DNA of 63,102 bases, filler included, from Octopus bimaculoides (taxonomy: Eukaryota), in assembly GCF_001194135.2 (NCBI RefSeq). It is 5 parts of 5 records of this genome, joined end to end, with 100 filler letters (N's around TTAATTAATTAA, not from the genome) between each part and the next. Parts side by side here need not be neighbours in the genome. Positions count along the whole stretch, not along the records: positions 1 to 22,008 come from NC_068983.1; positions 22,109 to 30,902 come from NW_026307057.1; 3 more parts are not named here. The stretch is one strand, 5' to 3'. The position numbers and the translations under genes were made by a program. Positions 12,876-25,696 of this stretch are shown in pieces. A model generated the notes under the pieces. The model was not told where the DNA came from. It searched no databases and saw only the letters and a list, made by a program, of their open reading frames with translations. The number at the start of each line of letters is the position of its first letter. The stretch's first letter is position 1.

Positions 12876-13152
12876 AGGCGCAGGAGTGGCTGTGTGGTAA
12901 GTAACTTGCTTACCGATCACATGGTTATGGGTTCAGTCCCACTGCGTGGCACCTTGGGTAAGTGTCTTCTACTATAGTCTCGGGTCGACCAAAGCCTTGT
13001 GAGTAGATTTGGTAGACGGAAACTGAAAAGAAACCCGTCGTATAAATATGTATATGTATATATATGTGTGTGTGTGTGTGTCTGTGTTCACCCCCACCCC
13101 CCACCCCAACATCGCTTGACAACCGATGCTGGTGTGTTTACGTCCATGTAAT
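12876..13152 (+). mobile_element. tRNA-derived SINE, family A (3' truncated)
   Basis: AGGCGCAGGAGTGGCTGTGTGGTAAG...GGGTTCAGTCCCACTGCG (A and B boxes), then CCTTGGGTAAGTGTCTTCTACTATAG, an internal (TA)/(GT) tract and GACAACCGATGCTGGTGTGTTTACGTCC. Confidence 0.92.
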
Positions 13153-13159
13153 ATATCGG

Positions 13160-13655
13160 TGTATGTAAGGACGAGCAAGTTAGCCAAGTGGATATATGAA
13201 AAATATTAAATACATTTAATACAAAGTATGTACATATGTATAGATATATAAAAAAAGTCCGATTTACACAGAAGAAAGATGGGAGCTTTACGAGTCGAAC
13301 AAATTGTTTCTGTGGGCTTAGTAGTCCATAATAATGATTGTAACTTGATTCCATCATCATAGATTGATTCCAACCTTCATCTTCAGGAAAGAACTTTACA
13401 TTTGAGGTGCTGTCATTCTGTCAACACCTCAAATGTAAAATACTTCCCTGAAGACAGAGGCTGGAATTAAGTTACAAATATTATTTTTTACTAGCGATCC
13501 CACTCAAACAGCTGCTGAACTCGTAAAACTCGCATAAAACTCTCATCTGTTTTCTGTGTAAGTCGGATTTATTTAGATGTACATATTTTGCATTAAATGT
13601 ATTTAATACATTTTGTACATCGACTTGCCTAACTTGCTTGTCATTACATTCATCT
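13160..13655. repeat. Near-complete ~500-bp palindrome (fold-back element)
   Basis: The left arm GACGAGCAAGTTAGCCAAG... mirrors ...CTTGCCTAACTTGCTTGTC. The centre is a perfect 15-bp stem TTTACATTTGAGGTG/CACCTCAAATGTAAA (13395-13439) with a 15-nt loop. Confidence 0.9.
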
Positions 13656-13730
13656 ACCTGCTCAAGTTCAAATCTCTGGAGCTCTACGATGTGTATTCTA
13701 TAAAGAGAATACCTGTCTCTAATCCATAAA

Positions 13731-13844
<114 letters not shown>

Positions 13845-13959
13845 GCGTGCGTGTGTGCGTGCGTGTGTGTATATATATAATATATATAAGATAAAAGGAG
13901 AAAAATGCACACATTTTAAATAGTTTTAATATATTTTAAAATATAATTTATATTGTGTT

Positions 13960-13992
13960 TGTCGACCGGTTTCGCTTTCGCTAATCATGACA
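13960..13992 (-). ncRNA. Minimal type I hammerhead-like motif with A3-U8 core
   Basis: UGUC-AUGAUUA-GC(GAAA)GC-GAAA-CCGG-UC-GACA: helix I UGUC/GACA, a short helix II, palindromic helix III ACCGGU and a GUC cleavage triplet. Confidence 0.6.
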
Positions 13993-14821
13993 TTGAAATT
14001 ATTGTGATTTCGTATTTTCTTAAGATTTTAGCCCATGTGTGTCGAGAAGTTGTGACTGAATAATTCAACAAGTAGAAAGATCTAAGGGTAGGTAATTGGT
14101 GATCGTTATGATTGGGGACAGGGGCGGTAATTGCTCATCTTTCGGAGAGGGGGTAAGTAAATATACATAAAAACTAAAAATCTGAAGTAGTGAGATGAAA
14201 TATGTACAGTGATGCTCGGAATTCTTATTCAAATAACGGAGAGATTCACAATTAAAACCAACTTCCTGCATGCTTCCAAGAATATAATTTATATAATAAC
14301 TTGCTCAGGTTGTGGATGTAACTATATAGGAAAGAAAAGTATGACACTGAGACAGAAAACCACATTACATAAGGAACAGATCCGGTTTCCGCAATACAGA
14401 CAGATTTCTTTGAGTGAACATATAGAGCGATGTTCAGGTAATATCCAACCAAACTTCACAGTTTTCCCATCTACCAGTACATAGAAGCAATTTTCATACA
14501 AGGACGTTTAAGTAAAGAAAATTTGTCCATGGAAAAATACAGAACACCTCTAAATATGAACGCATAACCAACTTTGATCTCAGTATATATTTTAATTCAT
14601 GATCACTGTACATATTTCACCTCACTACTTTAGATTTTGAGATTTTCTGTATATTTACTTATTCCCTACCTGAAAGATGGGCAATTACCTCCCTGTCCCC
14701 AATAGTAACGATAACCAATTGCCCTTAGGTCATTCTACTTGTTAAGTCATTCATTCGCAAACTTCTCCACAGACATAGACTAAAATCTTCTTATGAAAAT
14801 ACGAAATCACAATAATTACAA

Positions 14822-14854
14822 TGTCATGATTAGCGAAAGCGAAACCGGTCAACA
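14822..14854 (+). ncRNA. Minimal type I hammerhead-like motif with A3-U8 core (second copy)
   Basis: TGTC ATGATTA GCGAAAGC GAAACCGGTC AACA. The core is identical to the copy at 13960, with one mismatch in helix I. Confidence 0.55.
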
Positions 14855-15935
14855 CACAATATAAAATATATTCTATGCAAAGTATGTGTATTTTCTTTCT
14901 TTTTAATTCATATATATATAAAGTTTTTTCTTTTATTCTCTCTGTTTATTTTCTCTTATTCCTTTCAGTTGAAGAGCGTATGCTCGAAACATATAATATT
15001 GTCTCACTTTCCCAAGCGTGAAACTAATACATCTGCTTGTTGTTCTGTTTTGTTTTTCTGTAAATTCCAATTATATATATATATATATNNNNNNNNNNAG
15101 GAATTTGAAAATATGGTCTGCTATTCGAATCATCACAGCTAACTACGTCCTCATTCAGTGCCAAAATGTCAGCTTAAATCTTACACACTCACACTCCCTA
15201 GTCTTCTTAATATAAACCTTTTGGTTTTTACGTTTTATTGATTATTCTAAATTGGAAAATATAAGTAACCAATTCCATCTGGTTTCAGTTTGCACCGAGG
15301 TCGAATTTGCCATTCAATTTCCTGAGATCAATAACGGACCTACCAGCTTGTCTTCGTGTGCGTTTTGTTCTATTATCCAGATTTGATACTCACAAGCGGA
15401 AGTATTCCTTCTGTACAAATGCCGTAGTTTTCGTTCCAGACAGAATGTGTCTTAGACTATATACTAGTCTATTCTCTAAATTTCGTTTCAGGATCTGAAA
15501 CATTGGATACACAAATAAAATGCAAATGATTTTTCCAGTCTCTCCTATCGCGAAAGAACCTGCCTGCGTTTCTCATTGGATACTATTTGCGCTAGTGAAT
15601 ATAAACGAGTTCACCGACACAAGAATGAACTATGTATATATTTTAGAAATTATAAGAGATAACCTCAATGTAAAACCATACAGTATATATCACCACTGAA
15701 TAAGATCAATCTAATCATTATATATGCACCAGCATGCACCAGCATGACCGCAGCCACTTGGCTGAAACACATAAATAAATAAATAAATAAATATATATAT
15801 ATNNNNNNNNNNNNNNNNNNNNNNNNNNNNNNNNNNNNNNNNNNNNNNNNNNNNNNNNNNNNNNNNNNNNNNNNNNNNNNNNNNNNNNNNNNNNNNNNNN
15901 NNNNNNNNNNNNNNNNNNNNNNNNNNNNNNNNNNT

Positions 15936-17150
15936 ATTGGGACATCCTATAAATAATACGGCTTTTCACACTTCTTTTATTTTAATCTAAAATATAATCT
16001 CCTTCTTTTTCTATAATGCTCTTCCATCTATCTGGTAGATTTACAAGGTTCTTCCTCCAAAATTTACTAGTCCGTGATGAAAAATACTCCTTCAGTATTG
16101 TTCTGACGGCGTGTAGAGAATTCATATTTTTTCCGTCCAAATTGTTTTGAATATTGCAGAATAAATGATAATCAGATGGGTTAGTGTCGGGTGAATATGT
16201 TTGGTAGGGCATCGCTTCTCATTAAAACTGCTCCAGCCTTTGGAATGTCATCCTCGCTGTATGTACCAGAGCATTATCCTGATAGAAGAACACGTTTGTC
16301 TTTGAAACAAAAGATGGTCGTTTTTCTTCTACCGCTGACTTAAGTCGCTCAAGCTGCTCATGGTAGATCTTTGCTATCGTTTGGTTGGGTTTAAAAGTTC
16401 AGTGGGGAGTAACACTTTCATATCCCATCGAACAGATAAAAACACCTTACGTGTGTGAAGAATGTCTTTAGTCTGGAGTGCCGTTGATTCTCCTTTCCCT
16501 ACCAACTATCTTCGGCGCTTGACATTTTTTATAGAGAAACCCTTTCTCGTCACCAGTCACTATTCGGTCCCCAAAAAGTTAATTTGTGAGACGTGACAGC
16601 AAAGAAGAGTATATATTCACTCTCTGTGTGCCATTAGACTCCAAAAGTTTGTGAGGAACACATTAACACACAACCAAATTTGCTGATTTTTTCGATGGCA
16701 CGCAGGTGTCGTTGAATGGTGGAATGATCAAACACAAGCTTCTCTGCTAGTGCCTCAACAGTTACGATCGGATTTTGTTTCACCAGAGTTCGCAGGACGT
16801 CCTCGTCGAGCTCTACTGATCTTCGAGAACGAGGCTTATCTTCTAGGCTGTAGTTTCCGGCTCAGAATTTCTGAAACCACCGTTGACACTGGCCTACATT
16901 TATTGTCCGATCTCCATTTACGGCATTAATGTTCCTCGCACATTCCGTTGGGTTGCTGTCTTTATTGAACTCATGAAGCAAAACATGCCGAATGTGGTCC
17001 TTTGTAACTAACATTATAGCGTTGATAAAATAACTGTTAAATTCGAGCTGCAGACTCAAAATTTGCAATAAGAATAAGTACAAGGTAAAATTACTACCTG
17101 GCTTTCCTGCAAGTTGAAGCAGGTAGTTTATGCTATCCCACTTATGCAAG
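15936..17150 (-). mobile_element. Near full-length decayed mariner transposon
   Basis: Fragments in transposase order: MLVTKDHIRHVLLHEF...CQRWFQKF (HTH), DRIVTGDEKGFLYKNVKRR, a decayed HxDNARPH region, then YSPDTNPSDYHLFCNIQNNL...LPDRWKSIIEKEGDYILD. Terminal repeat TATTGGGACATCCTATAAATAATACGG starts at 15936. Confidence 0.93.
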
Positions 17151-17154
17151 CGTC

Positions 17155-18130
17155 AGGTTCATATGGTGATGGTGACAGTTGTGATCATTGGTTTCAACTG
17201 TATTTGACTGGTTAAATTTTGTCCTTGATATACATTCCTGTGGATAGAAGTAATAGTTGCTTGGCTATTTTTAGAAATGATGACAGCAGTACTTTTTAGA
17301 GATTTTTATTTTTTGGATATGGGGATAAGACTTTTAAACCTTAAATAAGATTATTTTTTATCATTGTTTATTAAGCTTGGGTTTGAATTTATTAATAAAG
17401 TCTTTTTCTCTCAGTTTTCTATCGATTTCATTCGGATTGTATAGTTTATGAAATGGAAATATACATATTTTCCGGCCACATGTTGCTAGGTGGTTACTCC
17501 GCCGTATTTGGCGAACTTCTGGATTTTTAATTTGCTGTTGGTGAACACGTGAGCGTTCTGATAGTGCATTGCGTGTCTGACCGACATACAGCTCTTCACA
17601 ATTCAAGTGTTTCATGCAGTAGATTAAATTTCTGCTTTTGCAGTTCATATTTGCATTTGTAAATATTTCCCCCGTTTTTGTGTTCATATATGGGACGGTA
17701 TGAATTAATTGGCATGTACCGCATCGGCTATCATTGCATTTAGACACAGTGAATTTTTGTTCTTTGTTGCGAAGGTCAAACCTTGCTTTGTTAATAACTT
17801 TTTCAAGCTTTTAGGCTGTCTTTTACTGAGAGTTATAGTTTGGTCTGTAATGATATCTCTTAATTGCTTACTTTGAGCAATGATTACCAGGTTTGCTTTA
17901 GCCATATTGAAGATGTTCTTGGGGCGTGGATTGTGCGTCACTATAAATGGTATGATTTGTTCTTGTTTTTCTCTTCTTTGTGTTGTCCTCAATTGTTGTG
18001 TGGGTATTTTCATAGCCCGCTGAATACCATTTTCTATAAGTAGTGACCGGGATTTTTGTTTGAGCAGAAATTCTTTCAGTTCCATACGGAGGTGCTGTAA
18101 GTGATGCGATCACTGTTGAAGGGGGTGTAT
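17155..18130 (-). mobile_element. Penelope-like element fragment (RT thumb/linker plus GIY-YIG endonuclease)
   Basis: ELKEFLLKQK...LIENGIQRA...IPFIVTHNP...SKRQPKSLKKLLT, then CNDSRCGTCQLI...CKSRNLIYCMKHLNCEELYVGQTRNALSERSRVHQQQI...REKDFINKFKPKLN. Confidence 0.93.
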
Positions 18131-20242
18131 CTATTCTAATATTTGTTACTGTTATTTCTACTCTTGGTGCTGTTGCCGTAGCTCCTCGATCATGCTGCAA
18201 TCCCTTTTGCTGTGGCTGAATGCTGTTGTTGTAGCCACTATGGACATGATCCGAAACTGTAGACATGACCCGCAACAAAATTGTTTCCTTTCCATATGTT
18301 CCTTTGGGAAGGTTGGACTTTATCTGAAGGTATTAAGTCTAATTTATGTCGTTCCACTGATAATCATCTATACAAAATCATTTCGTTTTCTGCTTGATAT
18401 AAAACAACTTACAGCATATTGAACATAACTTTTCATGTGTTCTAATCCGTTTATTTATAAATCTATTATATATAGATGTCAGTTTGTGTCTGTATGTATG
18501 AAGGCTCGTATTCGAAGACATAGAAATGTGTTTGTCTTATTGTATTGTGATTGTGATTGTGTGTTCGATGCGTGCCTCTTTTTCATATTGAACTGGTAAC
18601 AACTAGGTAGGTAAGGATCCGTGTGTACGTGAGAGTTAATGTGTTGTGTGTATGTAATAATTCAAAATGCGTGCACATGTGTGATTGTGATGGCATATGA
18701 AGGCATTTGTGAATGCATTTTTTAATTTCGTACCTATGTGCGCATACATGTATGTGGACACAAACAAGTTGTTTGTCGTATTGTAATGTGAGTGTGTGTT
18801 CATGGATATTATATGAATATTGCCTTGTACCATATTCTATGCAGGTAATATTTTCTTGTGTAATGACAGTTTGTGTATGAACATGCAAGTGTGTGTGTTT
18901 AAAAGAATTTATTTTACACTACTTGAAACAAAATAAACAATTGAATCGATTGATACGTATACGATTTATGAGAACCGGCATTTTAATACCCACAATGTAC
19001 TGGGGTTCATCTTTTTTCCGTGAAAACAGTTTAAAGGTTATGTGTATGCAGTGATGTCATAAAAGGTAACTTTTGATATTACTGACATACAGTTTTGCGG
19101 AATAAGTTAAGAAGTCTAACACTCTTAATTCTCGGTAGGTTATAAAAATATTGCAGGTGACACCTGCGGTATATTTTTTGGAAAAGCCAGTGCCAGAATA
19201 ATGTCTTGTAAACGAGAAATATAGCTTTCCAATTTTATAAAAGCAGCCCTAAGTGTTTATAATTTTTAAGTAACCCCCGTAATCTCTCTTTAGCTTAGTT
19301 TAGTGAATTATAATATTATAGATGATTTGAATTTCCAATCGATATTATTTCCTCCTTTGTTAAAGAATCCAACAATGATTGTGGGAAGTCTTTCTAATAA
19401 TTGAATATTTCATTCTTCCGATGAAGTTTTATAGTCTTTCATACATTTATCTTTGCAGTAAGAAATCTAGTTTAGGAACGAAGATTAATGACTACTGAAT
19501 CAATAGATTACAGCGCAAATATCTTAGTACAGAATTCTTAGACAAAAGTAGAAAATTATAATCAGTGACCTGATTCCGCTTCAATGCACTTTATTATGAA
19601 ATAATGTGTGAAGGATACAGAACATTACCTCCTTGTATATTATTTGGCAAAATTCCAGAAAATTCCCGAAGTTTCCAAAAATATTATCAATTTAAAATTT
19701 TTATCATAGTAAATAGCCTTATCGCTTTTAATGCTATATTTAACACCGAATTTAAATTAACATACGAAATATATGTATATACATATACATATACATACAC
19801 ACACATATATATATATATATACATACATACACACGCACACACACACACATATATATATAGAACAGGTAAGTAAGTGAAATCATTTATTATATATTCCCAA
19901 TAAACAACAACGAATACAATAATAATTATAAACATTTTCATTTTAAATGAAAAGAGAAATATATTAAGAAAATCCTAAGAATATGATTTCTAAAATATTC
20001 ATTCCCAATGAAAATTATTGGAAAAATTACACATAATCAGATTTACATATATATTACAAATACATACATATATATGCATACATACAGCCCCAGCTCACAC
20101 ACACATGTGCACGGTCTCATATATATANNNNNNNNNNNNNNNNNNNNNNNNNNNNNNNNNNNNNNNNNNNNNNNNNNNNNNNNNNNNNNNNNNNNNNNNN
20201 NNNNNNNNNNNNNNNNNNNNNNNNNNNNNNNNNNNNNNNNNN

Positions 20243-20273
<31 letters not shown>

Positions 20274-20913
20274 AGAAATGATGAGGTTATATCCTGTTCC
20301 TCTCAGTCACACGTCGTTAATATCTAAAATAATTATCCCACTAAAATTATGTAGTGCATTAAATATTTATATAACATGTGTCTTAATAATTTTAAAGAAA
20401 TGCGGATGGAAAATCATTTTTGTTAATGAAAGATTATAAAATGCTTCATGCATATACACACAGATGCAGCCACACAGTCACACACAGACACACATATCAT
20501 GTATGTGTGTGAATCGAACCTGTAACTGAAATGCTTTATACATGCTTATATGTAATGCTGCAAAATTGCAAACATACCTCCATGTTTATATCTATTCTCC
20601 AGATTTTGTTATTTCACGCTCATTCAGGGCTAACGACCCTCCATGTTTGTTTGCGTTCGGTTTATGTCTCCACTGACCTGTCTTTGTTCCCAAATTTGAC
20701 CCTACATAAATCCCAAATTTTGTTTTTTACTTATGGGATCAACTGTCTCCGAAGAGTCATTTTGTTGTTCAATGCTTGAAATGAGGAGTAGATAGACAGC
20801 CGACAACTGATGAAGAGTCGTTCTTTATGCTACTTGTCCCGTTTTCGTATTGAACTCATTTGTTTTCGAATTTCATGTTGTTTACTGTTGGTGTCTTCCT
20901 GTACCCATCTATG

Positions 20914-20952
<39 letters not shown>

Positions 20953-21119
20953 TACAAATATTTACAATCCTAAGAAACGCTGGCAGAAATTAGGCCATAT
21001 CCAAAAACAACATCATGCAGTAAACAATGTTAGTAATGATGACGCTTACAAGCATAAAAAAGAGGGCGGGGTTCCCGTGGTAGAGATGATTTGAACGAAG
21101 GTTCTCTTCTCTTTTACTC

Positions 21120-21540
21120 TAAGAACAAGGCCCGACATTTTTGGGGAAGGGTGTCAGTCAATTAGATCGACCCCGGTACGCAACTGGTACTTAATTTATC
21201 GACTCCGCAAGGATGAAAGGCAAAGACGACTTCGGCGGAATTTCAACTCAGAACATAAAGACAGACGAAATATCGCTAAGCATTTTACCCGGTGTGCTAA
21301 CGTTTCTTATTTCTTTACTGCCCACAAGGGTATACACACAAGGAGACAAACAAGGAGAGACAAACGCATTAAATCGATTATGTCGACCCCAGTGAGTAAC
21401 TGGTACTTATTTAATCGACCCCGAAGGGATGAAAGGCAAAGTCGACCTCGCCGGAATTTGAACTCAGAACATAAGGACAGACAAAATACCTTTATGCATT
21501 TCGCCCGGTGTGCTAACGTTTCTGCCAGCTCTCCACCTTG
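21120..21540 (-). mobile_element. Two abutting SINE family B copies
   Basis: 21305-21540 is full length, including the tail AATAAAGAAATAAGAA (reverse complement). 21120-21303 is a second copy lacking its extreme 5' end. Confidence 0.9.
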
Positions 21541-22008
21541 ATAGCAGCAAAGGTTATCGCAACATGTATGCTGACGTGCTCAGAACATGTTATACACATG
21601 TGAGAGGTACGAAACGATAAATGGGTGACAAGTACAAGGAATATGAGAATTTGGGGCGTAAGGGGAGAAGAGTAAGTTACGAGGACCAAATCAAAGTTCG
21701 ATCCGACGATAAGTGTTTAGATAAGGTATTGTATGTGCGCGTGTACCTGTGTCTGTGTGCAATTGTATTTTCGCACAAATGATGTTTGTAACTTCTTTGT
21801 AGGGAGTACACTACTGACACATTGCATTTTGTTCTATCTTTTCAACATTTCTTTGAATAATATTTTTTTTATGTAGTTGCTTAGCAAATGGTACTTGTTA
21901 CTAAGGACCAAAACTCGGAGTGAGTTTGTCCTATGGGGTTTTGTCTGGACCCCGATGCAAGTATGCGTGTATGTGTGCATATACATACATGGATGTATAC
22001 ATACATGC

Positions 22009-22108
22009 NNNNNNNNNNNNNNNNNNNNNNNNNNNNNNNNNNNNNNNNNNNNTTAATTAATTAANNNNNNNNNNNNNNNNNNNNNNNNNNNNNNNNNNNN
22101 NNNNNNNN
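22009..22108. other. Artificial 100-bp scaffold spacer N44-TTAATTAATTAA-N44
   Basis: Exactly 44 N on each side of a six-frame stop linker; the same construct occurs four times. Confidence 0.95.
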
Positions 22109-22139
<31 letters not shown>

Positions 22140-22998
22140 TACAAACACGTTGTTGTTGAGTAAACCAAAGTCATCTCTGACCAAGCAGGCTCTTGATCTA
22201 ACACGTTCCATCCGTGACCGTACCGTTTAAGTTTTCAGACATTATTCTTAAAGTGTTCATCTTTCTTAAAGATGTTAGAGCGTGACATATAAGATGTTTC
22301 ACTGCTGTTTCTAGCAATTTGATCGACATAATGGAATGTATTTTAATACATTAAGAGGCTCCCGTGTTTGTCGTTGTTGTTTAACCCCAGGTAGGCCTTA
22401 ATCAACCAAATTTATGACCATGACGCCCCCGCCCCACCTATTAGTTTTCAAATTGTTCTTCCTTTATGAAGGAGATTTAGCTGCTATTTCTAACAACAAC
22501 GATGACGTAAAATCTGCCTCTTTTTCAGAGAATCCCACTGTTCGGCTGTTAAATATTTTGGTTCTTCGCCATTTTGCAAGAATTATAAAAGAATGATGAG
22601 AGACGGAGAGGAGATGTTTGGAAGGTGCGGAGCTGGAAACATGAGAGAGAATGGCAGGAGGTGGGGACGGTGGAGAATTAAGGTGTGTTGAAGGGCGGTC
22701 TGGTGATGTAGGGGGCCACTGAATAACATCAAAGGAGATTTGGAGTAGGAAATCCTTTCAAAAGAGACACACAGACACACATGCGCGCACCTTCAAGATA
22801 AAGCACGAATTGTTGAATGCTAATGTGCGACCTCTTGCCCAGATACACATACACACACACAAACACAGAGTCTGTCTGTCTGTCTCTTCCTCCCTTTCTC
22901 TCTCTCTCTCCACATTTTCAATATTTCTTGAGAAACATTTCTTTCCCTTAAATATGTCTCTCTCTCTCTCTCTGTATATACGCTCAGACACACACGTG

Positions 22999-23029
<31 letters not shown>

Positions 23030-23314
23030 CTACATGTTGGTCTCTGCGCCATATCCATGTCTCGGTACCTCTCTTTGATATCTGATTATTCTTTAACCTC
23101 CTCCCACGCCCAGCTCTCTCACCCCCCACTCCTAACTCTTCACCATTCTTCGTACCATTTACCCCATTTTCTTCTTCCTCTCTTTCTTTCTTTCTTCTCG
23201 TCTCGTGCGTTGATAAACAGATAAAAACGCTATTTTGTGACGGTAATAATGATAAGACAGACAAAAGTTCGCAAAATAGACATCTCTCTTTCTCTCCTAC
23301 ACACTCTCTATCGA

Positions 23315-23362
23315 CTGATAGATAGATAGGTAGATAGATAGATAGGTAGATAGATAGATAGG

Positions 23363-23404
<42 letters not shown>

Positions 23405-23514
23405 CATAGGTAGATAGATAGATAGATAAACAGATAGATAGATAAACAGATGGATAGATAGATAGATAGATAGATAGATACATAGGTAGATAGATAGATA
23501 GATAGATACATAGG

Positions 23515-23561
<47 letters not shown>

Positions 23562-23630
23562 ACAGATAGACAAACAGACAGACAGACAAACAAACAGACA
23601 GGCAGACAGACAAACAGACAGATAGATATA
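23315..23630. repeat. (GATA)n/(GACA)n microsatellite
   Basis: Direct inspection; it explains the YLSI-repeat ORFs. Confidence 0.97.
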
Positions 23631-24193
23631 TAGAGTGTACAAGNNNNNNNNNNNNNNNNNNNNNNNNNNNNNNNNNNNNNNNNNNNNNNNNNNNNNNNNN
23701 NNNNNNNNNNNNNNNNNNNNNNNNNNNNNNNNNNNNNNNNNNNNNNNNNNNNNNNNNNNNNNNNNNNNNNNNNNNNNNNNNNNNNNNNNNNNNNNNNNNN
23801 NNNNNNNNNNNNNNNNNNNNNNNNNNNNNNNNNNNNNNNNNNNNNNNNNNNNNNNNNNNNNNNNNNNNNNNNNNNNNNNNNNNNNNNNNNNNNNNNNNNN
23901 NNNNNNNNNNNNNNNNNNNNNNNNNNNNNNNNNNNNNNNNNNNNNNNNNNNNNNNNNNNNNNNNNNNNNNNNNNNNNNNNNNNNNNNNNNNNNNNNNNNN
24001 NNNNNNNNNNNNNNNNNNNNNNNNNNNNNNNNNNNNNNNNNNNNNNNNNNNNNNNNNNNNNNNNNNNNNNNNNNNNNNNNNNNNNNNNNNNNNNNNNNNN
24101 NNNNNNNNNNNNNNNNNNNNNNNNNNNNNNNNNNNNNNNNNNNNNNNNNNNNNNNNNNNNNNNNNNNNNNNNNNNNNNNNNNNNNNNNNNNNN

Positions 24194-24242
<49 letters not shown>

Positions 24243-25653
24243 CACACACACACATATACATACAGAAACTGTAGGTAAAGCGACTAGAGGTTTTGTCTAG
24301 AGTTTACTAAAGTTTTTGTCTACCAAATTCTAGAGAAATGGCATTGATAAAGCCAATGTGACGTGTGGAGGGGACATTTTAGCCAGAAGGGCTGGGATAG
24401 AAAGGCGGTAGGGAGAGAGAGAGAGAGAGAGAGGGGGGGAGAAGGAGAGCAGTAGTAAAAACTAGAGAATATAGATTGGTAGGTAAATATAATTGAATCC
24501 ATCAATAGATTATCAATAATAAATCATTTTAGGAATAAATATGTTTGTCTGTGGACAGACGTCAATACCCACCACCACCCCGCCCCCGCAACACAGACAT
24601 GCGCAAACACACACTTAGACACACAGAAACTCTAATAAAGACCGTCGCTTTACACACACACACACACACACACACATTCTTGTACGTATATGTGCCTTTG
24701 CGTGTGCACACATTCATGTAGAGATATATACGGATATGTGCCTATATATNNNNNNNNNNNNNNNNNNNNNNNNNNNNNNNNNNNNNNNNNNNNNNNNNNN
24801 NNNNNNNNNNNNNNNNNNNNNNNNNNNNNNNNNNNNNNNNNNNNNNNNNNNNNNNNNNNNNNNNNNNNNNNNNNNNNNNNNNNNNNNNNNNNNNNNNNNN
24901 NNNNNNNNNNNNNNNNNNNNNNNNNNNNNNNNNNNNNNNNNNNNNNNNNNNNNNNNNNNNNNNNNNNNNNNNNNNNNNNNNNNNNNNNNNNNNNNNNNNN
25001 NNNNNNNNNNNNNNNNNNNNNNNNNNNNNNNNNNNNNNNNNNNNNNNNNNNNNNNNNNNNNNNNNNNNNNNNNNNNNNNNNNNNNNNNNNNNNNNNNNNN
25101 NNNNNNNNNNNNNNNNNNNNNNNNNNNNNNNNNNNNNNNNNNNNNNNNNNNNNNNNNNNNNNNNNNNNNNNNNNNNNNNNNNNNNNNNNNNNNNNNNNNN
25201 NNNNNNNNNNNNNNNNNNNNNNNNNNNNNNNNNNNNNNNNNNNNNNNNNNNNNNNNNNNNNNNNNNNNNNNNNNNNNNNNNNNNNNNNNNNNNNNNNNNN
25301 NNNNNNNNNNNNNNNNNNNNNNNNNNNNNNNNNNNNNNNNNNNNNNNNNNNNNNNNNNNNNNNNNNNNNNNNNNNNNNNNNNNNNNNNNNNNNNNNNNNN
25401 NNNNNNNNNNNNNNNNNNNNNNNNNNNNNNNNNNNNNNNNNNNNNNNNNNNNNNNNNNNNNNNNNNNNNNNNNNNNNNNNNNNNNNNNNNNNNNNNNNNN
25501 NNNNNNNNNNNNNNNNNNNNNNNNNNNNNNNNNNNNNNNNNNNNNNNNNNNNNNNNNNNNNNNNNNNNNNNNNNNNNNNNNNNNNNNNNNNNNNNNNNNN
25601 NNNNNNNNNNNNNNNNNNNNNNNNNNNNNNNNNNNNNNNNNNNNNNNNNNNNN

Positions 25654-25696
<43 letters not shown>

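Larger units (their letters stand above)
13950..14875 (+). mobile_element. Penelope-like element 3' end: GIY-YIG endonuclease fragment flanked by inverted pseudo-LTR copies
   Basis: ORF 14209-14484 reads SKNIIYIITCSGCGCNYIGKKSMTLRQKTTLHKEQIRFPQYRQISLSEHIERC (IIY...YIG with Cys/His). 13950-14213 is an inverted copy of 14602-14875. Confidence 0.9.

Noticed and set aside
14955-15000. TTGAAGAGCGTATGCTCGAAAC and similar partial hammerhead-like strings (near 183, 20806, 44216, 59035)
   Set aside because: Core, helix II or helix I pairing is incomplete; at most these are decayed Penelope-type tails.
19100-19450. PTIIVGFFN...NIDW resembling an APE endonuclease GDFN motif
   Set aside because: The catalytic Asp is absent and the flanking motifs are not recoverable; too weak.
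24340-24600. CCAAT, TGACGT and GC-box cluster; also TTCCGGGAA near 37470
   Set aside because: Short motifs expected by chance in 63 kb, with no linked transcript evidence.
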